A stretch of 64,000 nucleotides of DNA from Macrostomum lignano (Eukaryota): assembly GCA_002269645.1 (NCBI GenBank), contig NIVC01000445.1, positions 372,001 to 436,000 of the forward strand, given 5' to 3'. The notes below the pieces were generated by a model. It did not search any database and was not told the DNA's origin. It worked only from the letters and a program-made list of their open reading frames with translations. This document shows positions 22,945 through 41,853 of the stretch, piece after piece. How positions within the stretch are numbered: position 1 is the stretch's first letter; each line of letters starts with the position of its first letter. The position numbers and the translations under genes were made by a program.

Positions 22945-23666
22945 TGTGTAAACACGCCGCTTGACTGGCATTGAGACGGGCTCGAGTAGGTCAAGGAGGA
23001 CTTCAACGACAACTTGGAGTTGAAGGAGATTTCGCCTAAAATTGATCCAGGACTAAAAAATGTGCTCATAAAAATTTCATAGAGATCTCATACTCTGGGG
23101 CTACGGCTTGGAATCCCGTGACCAGGTTGATGAAGATCCGTCCAATTAAAACAGAACGAGATATGCCTGTTTCCGCTCCAGATTCTTGTAGATCTCCTTG
23201 AGTAGAAAAGGAATGAGCATCGCTTGCTGGCATAGAGAATCTGGCGCGGGGTCTTCGAGCTCGGTTCGTGTTTGCCCAGCAGCATCAATATTTAGCCAAG
23301 TCGTTGAGACCGGCGCCGGCTCCGCCCAGCCTCACCTCCCCGGGCCCAGTCTCCTCCCATGCCTCATCAAGCCGGCCTGTCAGCTATTAATTGTCAGTTG
23401 ACTCGCTGCAGTGTTCGCGACTGAAATAAAGGACGATGATAGACAGGTGTTTGTTGCGTTCGAATTTCCAACTGCATAAAAGCAGATTTAAATTTTTCTG
23501 CAGATCTCTGGCCAAGATTTGCAGAAAAAATGTCTCGAAATCGGGGGGCACCACTTGAAAATCGTTTCATTTAAATTTTTGCTTTTTATTTCATAAAAGC
23601 AGATGAGAGCGATTGCTCTATTGTACTCGTAAAATTGTAAAATTTATTTAGCAGATTTTTTTGTAT

Positions 23667-25142
23667 TCCGCCCCCACATCCACTCTCCTCATCCGCCCCC
23701 ACATCCACTCTCCTCATCCGCCCCCACATCCACTCTCCTCATCCGCCCCCACATCCACTCTCCTCATCCGCCCCCACATCCACTCTCCTCATCCGCCCCC
23801 ACATCCACTCTCCTCATCCGCCCCCAAATCCACTCTCCTCATCCGCCCCCACATCCACTCTCCTCATCCGCCCCCAAATCCACTCTCCTCATCCGCCCCC
23901 ACATCCACTCTCCTCATCCGCCCCCACATCCACTCTCCTCATCCGCCCCCAAATCCACTCTCCTCATCCGCCCCCACATCCACTCTCCTCATCCGCCCCC
24001 ACATCCACTCTCCTCATCCGCCCCCACATCAACTCTCCTCATCCGCCCCCACATCCACTCTCCTCATCCGCCCCCACATCCACTCTCCTCATCCGTCCCC
24101 ACATCCACTCTCCTCATCCGCCCCAAATCCACTCTCCTCATCCGCCCCCAAATCCACTCTCCTCATCCGCCCCCACATCCACTCTCCTCATCCGCCCCCA
24201 AATCCACTCTCCTCATCCGCCCCCAAATCCACTCTCCTCATCCGCCCCCACATCCACTCTCCTCATCCGCCCCCACATCCACTCTCCTCATCCGCCCCCA
24301 CATCCACTCTCCTCATCCGCCCCCACATCCACTCTCCTCATCCGCCCCCACATCCACTCTCCTCATCCGCCCCCACATCCACTCTCCTCATCCGCCCCCA
24401 CATCCACTCTCCTCATCCGCCCCCACATCCACTCTCCTCATCCGCCCCCACATCCACTCTCCTCATCCGCCCCCACATCCACTCTCCTCATTCGCCCTAC
24501 TCTCTACCCACCCTGATCTCTACCCATCCTCTCTCTACCCATCCTCTCTCTACCCATCCGCTCTCTACCCATCCTCTCTCTACCCATCCTCTCTCTACCC
24601 ATCCGCTCTCTACCCATCCTCTCTCTACCCATCCTCCCTCTACCCATCCTCTCTCTACCCATCCTCTCTGTATCCATTCGCTCTCTACCAATCCGCTCTC
24701 TACCCATCCGCTCTCTACCCATCCTCTCTCTACCCATCCTCTCTCTACCCATCCTCTCTCTATTATCCTCTCTCTACCCATCCTCCCTCTACCCATCCTC
24801 TCTCTACCCATCCTCCCTCTACCCATCCTCTCTCTACCCCTCCGCTCTCTACCCATCCTCTCTCTACCCCTCCGCTCTCTACCCATCCTCTCTCTACCCA
24901 TCCTCCCTCTCTCTACCCATCCTCTCTCTACCCATCCTCTCTCTCTCTACCCCTCCGCTCTCTACCCATCCTCTCTCTCTCTACCCCTCCGCTCTCTACC
25001 CATCCTCTCTCTACCCATCCTCCCTCTACCCATCCTCTCTCTACCCATCCTCCCTCTACCCATCCTCTCTCTACCCATCCTCTCTCTACCCATCCTCTCT
25101 CTACCAATGCTCTCTCTACCCATCCGCTCTCTACCCATCCAC
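23667..25142. repeat. Compound C-rich array: 25-bp unit (ccccacatccactctcctcatccgc) to ~24490, then 15-bp unit (ctctctacccatcct)
   Basis: Direct reading. Confidence 0.95.
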
Positions 25143-25614
25143 TCCTTCACCTGCTGTAGCCAACAAGCGCCCCATTATCTAAAAACGGCCTTATTCTGAA
25201 GAGGTGAATGATCGCGACACCCGAGACCAACTGCAGTAAAGCATCTTGTCAGGCATTAATTACACTCCATCTGGGTGTCACGTATTGAATATCTCATTAT
25301 TAAAAAAGTTGACTTTTGACTTGAAAATGACTATGTTGTCTCTCAATTGGAGATTTTACATTTGATCCGCATCTCCGGCTTCTGATTTTGTGAAGAGTTC
25401 ATAAATTTGTTATAACCTATCAATTATCAGGTTCTTTTCGCAGCACACGAGAGGCTGACACAAGCAGTGCCCAGTGGCTGTCCACTGCGAGTCCGGTTCT
25501 GTCAATCTAAGAGTAATTACACACCCATCCTGAAATTTGAGAAGTCAAAATTTAACCATTTCTAACTTTAGAAGCGTATTTTATTCGCTGTATTCTTGGG
25601 AATACATGCTCTAT

Positions 25615-25960
25615 AGGGTCATAGATGCTCTTTTCTGAGGGTCATAGAAACTACTTTCCGAGGGTCATAGATGCTCTTTTCTGAGGGTCATAGATGCTCT
25701 TTTCTGAGGGTCATAGAAACTACTTTCCGAGGGTCATAGATGCTCTTTTCTGAGGGTCATAGATGCTCTTTTCTGAGGGTCATAGAAACTACTTTCCGAG
25801 GGTCATAGATGCTTTTTCCGAGGGTCATAGAAACTACTTTCCGAGGGTCATAGAGGAAGCCATCCGAGGGTCATAGAAAATGCTCTCTGAAGGTCATAGA
25901 GACTGTTCTCTGATAGCTCCGAGGGTCATACCGAGGGTCATAGAGAATGCTCTCCGAGCA
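25615..25960. repeat. 23-bp two-variant array (agggtcatagatgctcttttctg / agggtcatagaaactactttccg)
   Basis: Direct reading; order A B A A B A A B A' B, then degenerate. Confidence 0.9.
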
Positions 25961-26803
25961 CCTTCTCCAAGTCAATAATAAATCACTTCGGTGCATCCAA
26001 AAGATCAGCAATTAACGAAGTCAGTGGTGCAAATTTCTCCCTTGGTTTCTGCGATAGATTTGCAATAATGTTAATTTATTAATTATATATAATTATATAC
26101 TGCAATCTCTCCTACCACACACACACACTGTTACACAAGTTTGACCGAAGCAGAACAATGGGAGGGCGGCAGACAGGACGGGAGAAGTGAAGATAAGACA
26201 GGGTAGATCAAGGACCAAGGACCTCCCGAGGCGAGGCTTGTCTATGGCCAAACCCTCCAATCAATGCAATGCATACGGTAGATAAATTCCCATAACTTCA
26301 AAGTCATTCTATTATTAGGAAAAACAAGATGAAAGAAAAGCGAGAATAGAAAGTGAAATTTCTCTACATGGGATAAAAATGAAATCGGGGTGTCGCGTGT
26401 CAAGCATGCATCATCGGCCGTGATTACATAAAGCTGTGTTTGCATTGATTCCGATTACTAGCGAGAACAAAAGTCGACACAGAAAAATATCAGGTATTTT
26501 GATAGGCGACTCACGTTTACAACGGAGGAAAGGCTGACAGAACGAAAACGGATAGGAAAAGTGGGGCAGAGAAGTAGGTTGAGAGTAGGCAGACAGATCT
26601 CAATTCCTCATCAGTTCGCCGATATGTTGCGTAAATGGTTTTTTCTGCCGTAACAACGCAAATTTCGAAGAAAAAGCCGGAGAAGAAAGTGCAACTCGGC
26701 TCAGGCGGGTGGAGAGAAAGATTAGAAAGAGAGACCGGAGGAAATTCAGTCCTCTTCTGGTTTCCAGTTCCATTGCTGCAGTCAGTTGCCAACTGGAAAG
26801 TTT

Positions 26804-30807
<4,004 letters not shown>

Positions 30808-31231
30808 TTCTGCAATTTATGACTTGAACTCCAGTTCTGTCTGAACGAGTTTGCCTGCTAGGCGTCAATTTGGAATTCGTTGATTTATTAAAAAAACTTT
30901 TATTATTTAACTGTTGGGGAGTGGGCGGCTGAGGCGGGTGGCGGGCCAGCAGTCCTATGGCAGGCAGTCCTGCCGAGCCATTGGCTGTGGCCTGGGGGGG
31001 GGAGTGGCGGGGACTGTCTGCAACACGGACCCCTCCTCCAACCCCAGTCCCAGTTTTGGCAGGCGCTTCATCAACGCTACACGAGTCTCTTAACAGGTAA
31101 AATGGCAACCTGCTTGTCATTCAAGAATCAGTAGCCTGGAAGAAACCCTCTTCACAAAAAATCTTTTAGATAGCTGTCACCATCTATTGATTTATGACTC
31201 AATTTTTTCACTTTAAGTTCATTTTTGACTG

Positions 31232-32103
31232 CTAAAGCACTGATTTTGGCGCCCAAGCACTGATTTTAGCGCCGAAGCACTGATTTTAGCGCCCAAGCAC
31301 TGATTTTAGCGCCCAAGCACTGATTTTAGCGCCCAAGCACTGATTTTAGCGCCCAAGCACTGATTTTAGCGCCCAAGCACTGATTTTGGCGCCCAAGCAC
31401 TGATTTTAGCGCCCAAGCACTGATTTTAGCGCCCAAGCACTGATTTTAGAGCCCAAGCACTGATTTTGGCGGCGAAGCACTGACTTTGGCGCCCAAGCAC
31501 TGATTTTGGCGGCGAAGCACTGACTTTGGCGCCCACGCACTGATTTTAGCTCAAAAGCACTGATTTTGGCGCCCAAGCAGTGATTTTAGCGCCCAAGCAC
31601 AGTATTTAGCGTCTAAGCACTGAATTTGGCGCCCAAGCACTGATTTTAGCGCCCAAGCACTGATTTTGGCGCCCAAGCACTGATTTTAGCGTCCAAGCAC
31701 TGATTTTAGCGCCGAAGCACTGATTTTAGCGCCCAAGCACTTTATTTAGCGCCCAAGCACTTAATTTAGCGCCCAAGCACTGATTTTGGCGCCCAAGCAC
31801 TGATTTTGGCGCCCAAGCACTGACTTTGGCGCCCAAGCACTGATTTTTAGCTCAAAAGCACTGATTTTAGAGCCCAAGCACTGGTTTTGGCGTCCAAGCA
31901 CTGATTTTCGCGCCCAAGCACTGATTTTAGCTCAAAAGCACTGATTTTAGAGCCCAAGCACTGATTTTAGAGCCCAAGCACTGATATTGGCGCCCAAGCA
32001 CTGATTTTGGCGCCCAAGCACTGATTTTGGCGCCCAAGCACTGATTTTGGCGCCCAAGCACTGATTTTAGCGCCCAAGCACTGGTTTTGGCGCCCAAGCA
32101 CTG
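31232..32103. repeat. 20-bp minisatellite (tgattttagcgcccaagcac) upstream of Six3/6
   Basis: Direct reading, ~43 copies. Confidence 0.96.
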
Positions 32104-32775
32104 TGAGCCTTTGCAGCTCATTTTGGGATCCTAACACCTGGGCGCTCGGTTCAAAGTTGATGCAGGATTAGCCCCGCAGAAAGCAGAAAGCCTTAATCCG
32201 TAGTCAAATAAATATTCCAAATTAAATGAGCATTTTATGCAATGCAATTATTTTCCCCAATGCAGTGGATTAATAGCGAGTGAATTAGGGCCATCTCTCC
32301 CGCCCATAGCAACTCAACTCAGCTCAAGCAGCAGTTTAATAGAGTGATGCTGATGACGCGCTCAGGAAACAGGAAGTGCTGGAAGCTGGTAATGGGAAGC
32401 GGCAGAAATGGCATAAACCATGCATCGCGGATGCAGGCAGCAGTCACTATATAGATTACGAAGGCCCCTCAAAGGCGCCGGTATGTCGATTGAGTCTCAC
32501 ACCCTCACGGACGGACAATGAGAGACTGCATCATGCATGTCAAGTGCTCGGCCTCAGCCGTAGCTAAGTGAGTAGCGTGAGCATGAGGGTTGAGGCTTGC
32601 TGAAGTCAGAAGGCACAAGAAGGCCTGGAACCAGAATTTGGAGTCAGTCAGAGAATCAGCTTGTACCTTTTGGTTACTTCTCCAAAGATGCATAACCGCA
32701 ATGGCGGATCCGTCTAGGGGAGGTCAAGGTGGTCAAAGACCCCCAGATCCAAAAAAAATTTCTATTGCGCACGAA

Positions 32776-33712
32776 ATCTAGACTGTGGTGCTAAAATCTA
32801 GACTGTGGCGCTAAAATCTAGACTGTGGCGCTAAAATCTAGACTTTGGCGCTAAAATCTAGACTTTGTCGCTAAAATCTAGACTTTGGCGCTAAAATCTA
32901 GACTTTGGCGCTAAAATCTAGACTGTGGCGCTAAAATCCAGACTGTGGCGCTAAAATCTAGACTGTGACGCTAAAATCTAGACTGTGGCGCTAAAATCTA
33001 GACTGTGGCGCTAAAATCTAGACTGTGACGCTAAAATCTAGACTGTGGCGCTAAAATCTAGACTGTGGCGCTAAAATCTAGACCGTGGCGCTAAAATCCA
33101 GACTGTGGTGCTAAAATCCAGACTGTGGCGCTTAAATCTAGACTGTGGCGCTAAAATCCAGACTGTGGCGCTAAAATCCAGACTGTGGCGCTTAAATCTA
33201 GACTGTGGCGCTAAAATCTAGACCGTGGCGCTAAAATCTAGACTGTGACGCTAAAATCTAGACTGTGGCGCTAAAATCTAGACTGTGGCGCTAAAATCTA
33301 GACCGTGGCGCTAAAATCCAGACTGTGGTGCTAAAATCCAGACTGTGGCGCTTAAATCTAGACTGTGGCGCTAAAATCTAGACTTTGGCGCTAAAATCTA
33401 GACTGTGGCGCTAAAATCTAGACTGTGGCGCTAAAATCTAGACTGTGGCGCTAAAATCTAGACTTTGGCGCTAAAATCTAGACTTGTCGCTAAAATCTAG
33501 ACTGTGGCGCTAAAATCTAGACCGTGGCGCTAAAATCTAGACTGTGGCGCTAAAATCTAGACTGTGGCGCTAAAATCTAGACTGTGGCGCTAAAATCTAG
33601 ACTGTGGCGCTAAAATCTAGACTGTGGCGCTAAAATCTAGACTGTGGCGCTAAAATCTAGACTGTGGCGTTAAAATCTAGACTGTGGTGCTAAAATCTAG
33701 ACTGCGGCGCTA
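32776..33712. repeat. 20-bp minisatellite (gactgtggcgctaaaatcta)
   Basis: Direct reading, ~46 copies; preceded by a MITE-end-like sequence caatggcggatcc at ~32699. Confidence 0.96.
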
Positions 33713-34344
33713 AACTGGCGCTAGAATCTTGCGTTCTTGCGTCCTCATTCTCCCCAACACACTGGGAAAAAAATTATTAACGAATATATTCAGCACAATC
33801 AGGCTCAGGGACACCTGCTACAGTATAAGTGGCCTTGTAGTTTCTGAAGATTTATAAAAAAAATTGGCAATCCAGATTTTTCGTTGACGGCCACCTTGGC
33901 AAGCTGGCAGAGTTCAGGGTGGGTGGAGTTTTCTGACACATGCACTGCATAGATTGTACGCTATGAAATTAATGCTTTGCCCGCCCAGCCAGCAGTTGCA
34001 GTCAGTTAAATGCTGACTCCACGCCACGCATCCGGTACTTAGCTATGTAAAGCCAGCTTAATCCCTTCTGTTAATAAAGCGAACAAAAACACGGGATTTT
34101 GGTGATGCAGCTCTGTTCGATTTGTCTCTGGATTCTGGAAGGAAGGCTTTCTTTAGTTTCTAACACTGCTGGATTTCAGTTTCTCAATGTTTTTGAATTA
34201 GTTTTCTTTAATTTTATCTCTTAATTCATCCTAACTCATCTCATTTCTTAGATCAGTTCTCACTTTTCTGGAGTCATATCATCTTATCCCATCTTATGTA
34301 TAGTCTTATCTGTCATCTAATCTCTTATCTTATCTGTTAAATCA

Positions 34345-35420
34345 TCTAATCTCACCTGTCATCTCATCTCGTCTGTCATCTCATCTCGTCTGTCATCTCA
34401 TCTCATCTGTCATCTCATCTCGTCTGTCATCTCATCTCATCTGTCATCTCATCTCATCTGTCATCTCATCTCATCTGTCATCTCATCTCGTCTGTCATCT
34501 CATCTCGTCTGTCATCTCATCTCGTCTGTCATCTCGTCTGTCATCTCATCTCGTTTGTCATCTCATCTCGTCTGTCATCTCATCTCGTCTGTCATCTCAT
34601 CTCGTCTGTCATCTCATCTCGTCTGTCATCTCATCTCGTCTGTCATCTCATCTCATCTGTCATCTCATCTCATCTGTCATCTAATCTCACCTGTCATCTC
34701 ATCTCGTCTGTCATCTCATCTCATCTGTCATCTCATCTCATCTGTCATCTCATCTCGTCTGTCATCTCATCTCGTCTGTCATCTCATCTCGTCTGTCATC
34801 TCGTCTGTCATCTCATCTCGTTTGTCATCTCATCTCGTCTGTCATCTCATCTCGTCTGTCATCTCATCTCGTCTGTCATCTCATCTCGTCTGTCATCTCA
34901 TCTCGTCTGTCATCTCATCTCATCTGTCATCTCATCTCATCTGTCATCTCATCTCGTCTGTCATCTCATCTCATCTGTCATCTCATCTCATCTGTCATCT
35001 CATCTCGTCTGTCATCTCATCTCGTTTGTCATCTCATCTCGTCTGTCATCTCATCTCGTCTGTCATCTCATCTCGTCTGTCATCTCATCTCGTCTGTCAT
35101 CTCATCTCGTCTGTCATCTCATCTCATCTGTCATCTCATCTCATCTGTCATCTCATCTCGTCTGTCATCTCATCTCATCTGTCATCTCATCTCGTCTGTC
35201 ATCTCATCTCATCTGTCATCTCATCTCATCTGTCATCTCATCTCGTCTGTCATCTCATCTCGTCTGTCATCTCATCTCGTCTGTCATCTCATCTCGTCTG
35301 TCATCTCATCTCGTCTGTCATCTCATCTCGTCTGTCATCTCATCTCGTCTGTCATCTCATCTCATCTGTCATCTCATCTCATCTGTCATCTCATCTCGTC
35401 TGTCATCTCATCTCATCTCA
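34345..35420. repeat. 17-bp minisatellite (tctgtcatctcatctcg/a)
   Basis: Direct reading. Confidence 0.96.
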
Positions 35421-37758
35421 TTTCATTTCATCTCATCTTGTTTGTCCAATCTGTCTCAAATCATTAGTCATCCCCACCCATAATCTTCTCTCTTCAGTCT
35501 ATTTCAAAAGCAAGATCACATTGGAATGATTGCAAATCATACTTAAGCCGTAGTTCCACCATCGCTTCACCGCCCAGCCCCATTGTGATGAACAGTTGCC
35601 GACAAAAAAGTGTGTTGTTGAAACCCCTCTAAAATGTATAAATCCCCCCTTATTGTTCCGAAACGGTTAATTTAATTGAAGTGATTGCTCGGGATATCGG
35701 GGTGTGGTGAGGATTTTGGATAAGCCACAGCTATGTGCCCCGCCTTCTAAATATACTCGCAGCTATCATAGCGAGGCGGGCCTAACAGAGGCCAGAGCCC
35801 CCTCTGCAATTAGAAAATTGGCAATGAAAATTTGCGCACGCTAGCGGCATTCAAGCATCCGTCAGCCCCCCGCCCCCCAGATGCAGACAGGTTTTTTTTC
35901 AAGCAAAACAAAATGAATGATCAATTCTGAAATTGCTCCAAAACCACTTGTCAAATTGGAGCACTTGTTTGAGTCTCGATTTTTTAATTGGATTTTCGGA
36001 AGCGATTGAAATTTTATCCCAGAACCATGACAGGGATTAAAGGAGCCTGCAAATCCGGATGATGAGCTCTCATTTTTATAATTCGCATGCAGTTTAACTG
36101 CAAAATCGGCAAATTTTAATTTAAACAATGACGTGAGTAAGCGATTAAAGGAAATGAGAATTTTATAAATTTCTCTTCATTGTTTTTTAAATTATCAAAC
36201 ATCCAAAAACGGCACTCGGGACTCAAACACAAAATGGTGCTTCAACTTTGAAACCGGCACTTAACTAATATCCGAAAAGAACACAAAAATACGAAAAAGG
36301 CATTTTGACTCCCAGAATCTCTGATCATTACTCAAATTAATAAAATAAATAGCTTTTAAATAAACAAAATCAGTCTTGAATAAACAAACCGGAACTTGAA
36401 CCATCAAAATGACACAAATAACAAATACCTATTGAATCATAATATAAGCTCTATCTATAAAATTGAAATTAAAACTGTGTCTTGACACTATAGAAACAAA
36501 CAACAATTAAATGAACAAAATGAAACTAAAGAGCAAATGGCAATTAAAAAAACAAAATAAAACTAAATAAACAAATGGCAATTAAAAAAACAAAATAAAA
36601 CTAAATAAACAAATGGCAATTAAATAAACAAAATGAAACAAAGAAACAAACGCCAGTTAAATCACTAAAATGACACTATACAAAACAGACGGCAATTAAA
36701 TAAACGAAATGACTCTATACAAAAAATGGCACACGCACTTCACAGAATGACACAAAAATGGCGCATAAATAAATAAATGACACAGGAAAAAAACAAACGG
36801 CACTTGAATAGCCAAAATAAAATCAGAAAGAAAGAAACTACATTTGAATTAACCACACGACTAAAAATAGATTTACAAAAATATGTTAGAAAGTGAAGAT
36901 TTTTATTATTTAAATACTGATTTTCCTGGAAAAGAAAAACAAATTAATTTAGAAGCCTTCATTCCCTGGCACAGAGATAAAGGAAGCAGGTCAGTTGAAT
37001 GGAGAAGGATCAGTTGCCAGCTTGATGAAAGTATGAAATTGGCAAGAAAGAGATAGCCAGTGTGAAAAGAATTGTTATTGCAGGCAGAAGAACCCTTCAA
37101 GGTGTATATAATGCATGCCAGGTGCCAGACCTTTGGCTTCTTGTCTGAGGCCTAATCAGACAGATCGCATATACGAAATCTGACTGCGCAGGAGAAGTTG
37201 GGACGGGCCTGCAACAGCTGATCAAGCTATCTTGATCAACCAAAATGGGAAGTTAATCCCACCTTTCTCCAGCCTCGTCTTCGCAACAACCTCCCCCCTC
37301 CCTACTTCCCTCCAAAAAACTGAAAAAAGGCAATTCTTTCAAGCCTATATCGGCTGTGGTTACTCTTTTATCTAACCCGTCCATCAGCCACACTCCAAAG
37401 TTTCGCTTGCTGGCAGGCCAAGGTAGCTGGCATTAGACCGAATTGGATATCGTAGCGCGCATAGCATCCTATACGGACTCCAACTAATAAAAAGTAGGTT
37501 CCCTTTTTAACAGACGCTCCTATTAGGCAGTCACGCAGTGTCAGGTGACAGTGGCTGACGGAACGCACAGGCGGGGGGCCTGGCCCTGAACTATGGGGGG
37601 CTTCCTCCTGGAACTCAGCGTGACAGGGTTGACTTCCCCCCCTCACCTGCCCACCTCAACAGGACTGCGAGGGTTTGCGGTTTTTCCTTTGTTTCTGGAG
37701 TTGAATACAAAGTTGCATCAATTTTCATGGGCATCTTTGGGCAAGAAGTATCCCTCAT

Positions 37759-38062
37759 CCCTCTATCCGCCCTCTCCCTCTATCCGCCCTCTCCCTCTAT
37801 CCGCCCTCTCCCTCTATCCGCCCTCTCCCTCTATCCGCCCTCTCCCTCTATCCGCCCTCTCCCTCTATCCGCCCTCTCCCTCTATCCGCCCTCTCCCTCT
37901 ATCCGCCCTCTCCCTCTATCCGCCCTCTCCCTCTATCCGCCCTCTCCCTCTATCCGCCCTCTCCCTCTATCCGCCCTCTCCCTCTATCCGCCCTCTCCCT
38001 CTATCCGCCCTCTCCCTCTATCCGCCCTCTCCCTCTATCCGCCCTCTCCCTCTATCCGCCTC
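37759..38062. repeat. 17-bp minisatellite (ctctatccgccctctcc)
   Basis: Direct reading, near-perfect. Confidence 0.96.
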
Positions 38063-38751
38063 TCCTTGTATATTCACTATCTGCATCCATCCAACCTAAT
38101 CCAAAGGATCATTACTTCGCTTGTTCTAAACGCTTTTGCAAGTCAAAGAAGATTCATTTGCTAAGCCTAAAAAAAACAATTCCACAGAAAAGCTTCGCAT
38201 GGGAGAATATTTCGCATTTTCGCTGATAAAGTCTGGGTGATGTGCCCAACCCCCCCCCCCCTCAGAGCTCTGAACAATCGACACCTGATAAGGTGACTTC
38301 TCGATTAATAATGATAACAATGACCGAACTGTGTTTACTACCAACTGGACCGAACTCGTGGAAGTTCGAGCCGGCAAAAGCAAAACAATTAATTCATGGT
38401 ATATTACCGAACCGGAGGCACTCAAATTTCAAAGCTGATATGTTATCTGACTTGCTCTTGGCCTCTGTATATTGGTCTTCATCTGCTCTGCAGAATCTGC
38501 AATGAAAAATATACTAAAGCAAAGGAGATAAAGACACTACTGTAGGAGGGACGGCTTTGGAAATAATAATAGTTTTCTTAACACTTTAGATATCGATAAG
38601 GTGATGCAACACTCGAACCACCCCCCACGGTGGCTTATCAGGGCTTTCAGGCTTCATATTGCATATACGATGAATTATTATGATTTTTAATAAATCGATT
38701 TGCTGCCCACAGACACGTGTGGAACTGCGAATGATGAACCTGTGAATCTCG

Positions 38752-39318
38752 CTGAGTGCTGAGTGCCGAGTGCCATAGACAGTGTGTGAGCTGAGTGCTG
38801 AGTGCTGAAGTGCCATAGATAGTTTGTGGGTTGAGTGCTGAGTGCCGAGTGCCATAGACAGTGTGTGAGCTGAGTACTGAGTGCTGAGTGCCATAGACAG
38901 TGTGTGAGCTGAGTACTGAGTGCTGAGTGCCATAGATAGTGTGAGCTGAGTACTGAGTGCTGAGTGCCATAGACAGTGTGTTAACTGAGTGCGGAGTGCC
39001 ATAGACAGTGTGTTAACTGAGTGCGGAGTGCCATAGACAGTGTGTTAACTGAGTGCCGAGTGCCATAGACAGTGTGTTAACTGAGTGCCGAGTGTCATAG
39101 ACAGTGTGTTAACTGAGTGCCGAGTGTCATAGACAGTGTGTTAACTGAGTGCCGAGTGCCATAGACAGTGTGTTAACTGAGTGCGGAGTGTCATAGACAG
39201 TGTGTTAACTGAGTGCGGAGTGCCATAGACAGTGTGTTAACTGAGTGCCGAGTGCCATAGACATTGTGTTAACTGAGTGCCGAGTGTCATAGACAGTGTG
39301 TGAACTGAGTGCTGAGTC
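38752..39318. repeat. 25-35 bp minisatellite (gagtgccatagacagtgtgttaact)
   Basis: Direct reading. Confidence 0.93.
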
Positions 39319-39971
39319 CTGACTGCCATGAGACTTTATCAAGTCCAAAGCTGGTGCCTGTATTTTCTGCACCAGAGACAGCCAGGAAGGATTACCGCTC
39401 AGCAATGGATGAGATTAAATAAGGATACAAACATACACGTAGGGATGGGGTATTAACTCGATTACCGGACAGAGAAACAAGCCCCAACCTCGGAAGTGTG
39501 AGATCTCTTCAATCAAAAGTCCTACATGGTGCATGGATAGCCGCCCTGTCCGCTGTTGCGGTCTAAAAGTAGGACCGTCCCTTAGAGCAACTCGAGGCAC
39601 CATCAAATGCTTTCACACTAATGGAGACCCGCGGGCCCTTGCCATCAAGCCCGTAACCTACACCCCAGCAACAGCGAAATCCAATCTCCTGTTGGCTCCT
39701 GGTCTCGCGAGCAAAAAAGTCGCTTTCGGCAAGAAGAGAAGAAAAGCAAAAACAAGAATGTTGCAAAGAGACGCGGGAAAGTCAAGTTGCCAAAAGTGAG
39801 GATTACTTACAAAGAGGAGATTTCGCCCAAATGCATTGCTCGATTCGCCTACTCAGCTACAGTTGATCAGCTCTCTCTGAGCTCAGTTTTCGAATGTCCC
39901 AAACTCATCGATGAGTCACAACTGCAAGCATACAGACTTCCGTAGTTAGTCTGATATCAACACTTGAATGG

Positions 39972-40620
39972 TGCCAATTACTGGGTATGAGTGAGGCGCC
40001 AATTATTGGGTATGAGTGAGGCGCCAATTACTGGGTATGAGTGAGGCGCCAATTACTGGGTATGAGTGAGGCGCCAATTACTGGGTATGAGTGAGGCGCC
40101 AATTATTGGGTATGAGTGAGGCGCCAATTATTGGGTATGAGTGAGGCGCCAATTATTGGGTATGAGTGAGGCGCCAATTATTGGGTATGAGTGAGGCGCC
40201 AATTACTGGGTATGAGTGAGGCGCCAATTACTGGGTATGAGTGAGGCGCCAATTATTGGGTATGAGTGAGGCGCCAATTATTGGGTATGAGTGAGGCGCC
40301 AATTATTGGGTATGAGTGAGGCGCCAATTACTGGGTATGAGTGAGGCGCCAATTACTGGGTATGAGTGAGGCGCCAATTACTGGGTATGAGTGAGGCGCC
40401 AATTATTGGGTATGAGTGAGGCGCCAATTACTGGGTATGAGTGAGGCGCCAATTACTGGGTATGAGTGAGGCGCCAATTACTGGGTATGAGTGAGGCGCC
40501 GAAACTTAAGTAGGATTGGCGCCGAAACTTGAGTAGGATTGGCACCGAAACTTGAGTAGGATTGGCACCGAAACTTGAGTAGGATTGGCGCCGAAACTTG
40601 AGTAGAATTGAGGCGCCGAA
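39972..40620. repeat. 25-bp minisatellite (ggcgccaattactgggtatgagtga) followed by a 23-bp variant array (ggcgccgaaacttgagtaggatt)
   Basis: Direct reading; switch at ~40495. Confidence 0.95.
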
Positions 40621-41287
40621 TATTGAGCTGAAAAGCGGGTTCAGGGGGCAGACAAACTTGGCTCAACGGGGAGAAAAATGGCTTCAGGGGGCAGGCGAAC
40701 TACAGGCCAGAGGGAGTGCCAATAAATATTTCTTACAAACAGAACAGTTACATGCACTTTGTGCTGCCAAAATTTCAGGCACTAATACCCTATTATAATG
40801 GACAATAATAAATTCAAGCTACGAAAACCGTTGTGCCCTACTGACAGTAAAGTAGTTAGCAAAAACTGCGCCATTTTATTGTCACAAAAGCGGGAAAATT
40901 TCTGCAGTCAGTTAATTTCAGACCAGTAAAAAAATGTCTTTTAGCAGCGCAATTTGTAGCGGTTGGAGGCATTTGCTACCCTTAGCAACTGCGGTTCCAC
41001 TTAAAGGGGACTTATAAATCAGTCAAATTTGACAGGCCTCGGCCATTAGGTAGCGTTGCCGCTATTAAAATTGAAACAGATGGCTTGAGGGGTGGAGTAA
41101 AGTGACCCGCCTGGCAGGCTTTTAACGCTGCCCTTCCAGGCGGCGGCGAAGGACGCGACAAAGCTTTGTTGGGCATCCTGGACTGACTGATGCGCTGGAG
41201 ACTGCGTGATGACTGCGGGAATTCAGCTTTTCACTGCCTGCTTGCTTGTCTGTCTTAGTGTCTGTGTGTCTGTATGTCTTAGTTTAG

Positions 41288-41563
<276 letters not shown>

Positions 41564-41779
41564 TTTCGAAGTTCTATTCAAAACTTATTTCTTGCCTTTA
41601 GCAGACGTTATCATTGGTTTATTTGCTTAATCTCCTGGGCCATCTTTCTCTAAATCCCGTCTACGTTCTGTTTCTGAATTCACAATTTTTTTCACTGGCG
41701 CCATGAAGCTGTCAGTCAAGATAGCGCAGGCGCCACCAGTTCCAGATCAATTGCTGCCCGAACTACCGAGTGTTTGCCC

Positions 41780-41852
<73 letters not shown>
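41780..41852. repeat. (TAG)n microsatellite
   Basis: Direct reading. Confidence 0.97.

Positions 41853-41853
<1 letters not shown>

Noticed and set aside
39972-40620. CRISPR-like regularity in this and other arrays
   Set aside because: Units are head-to-tail with no unique spacers, there are no cas genes, and the context is eukaryotic.
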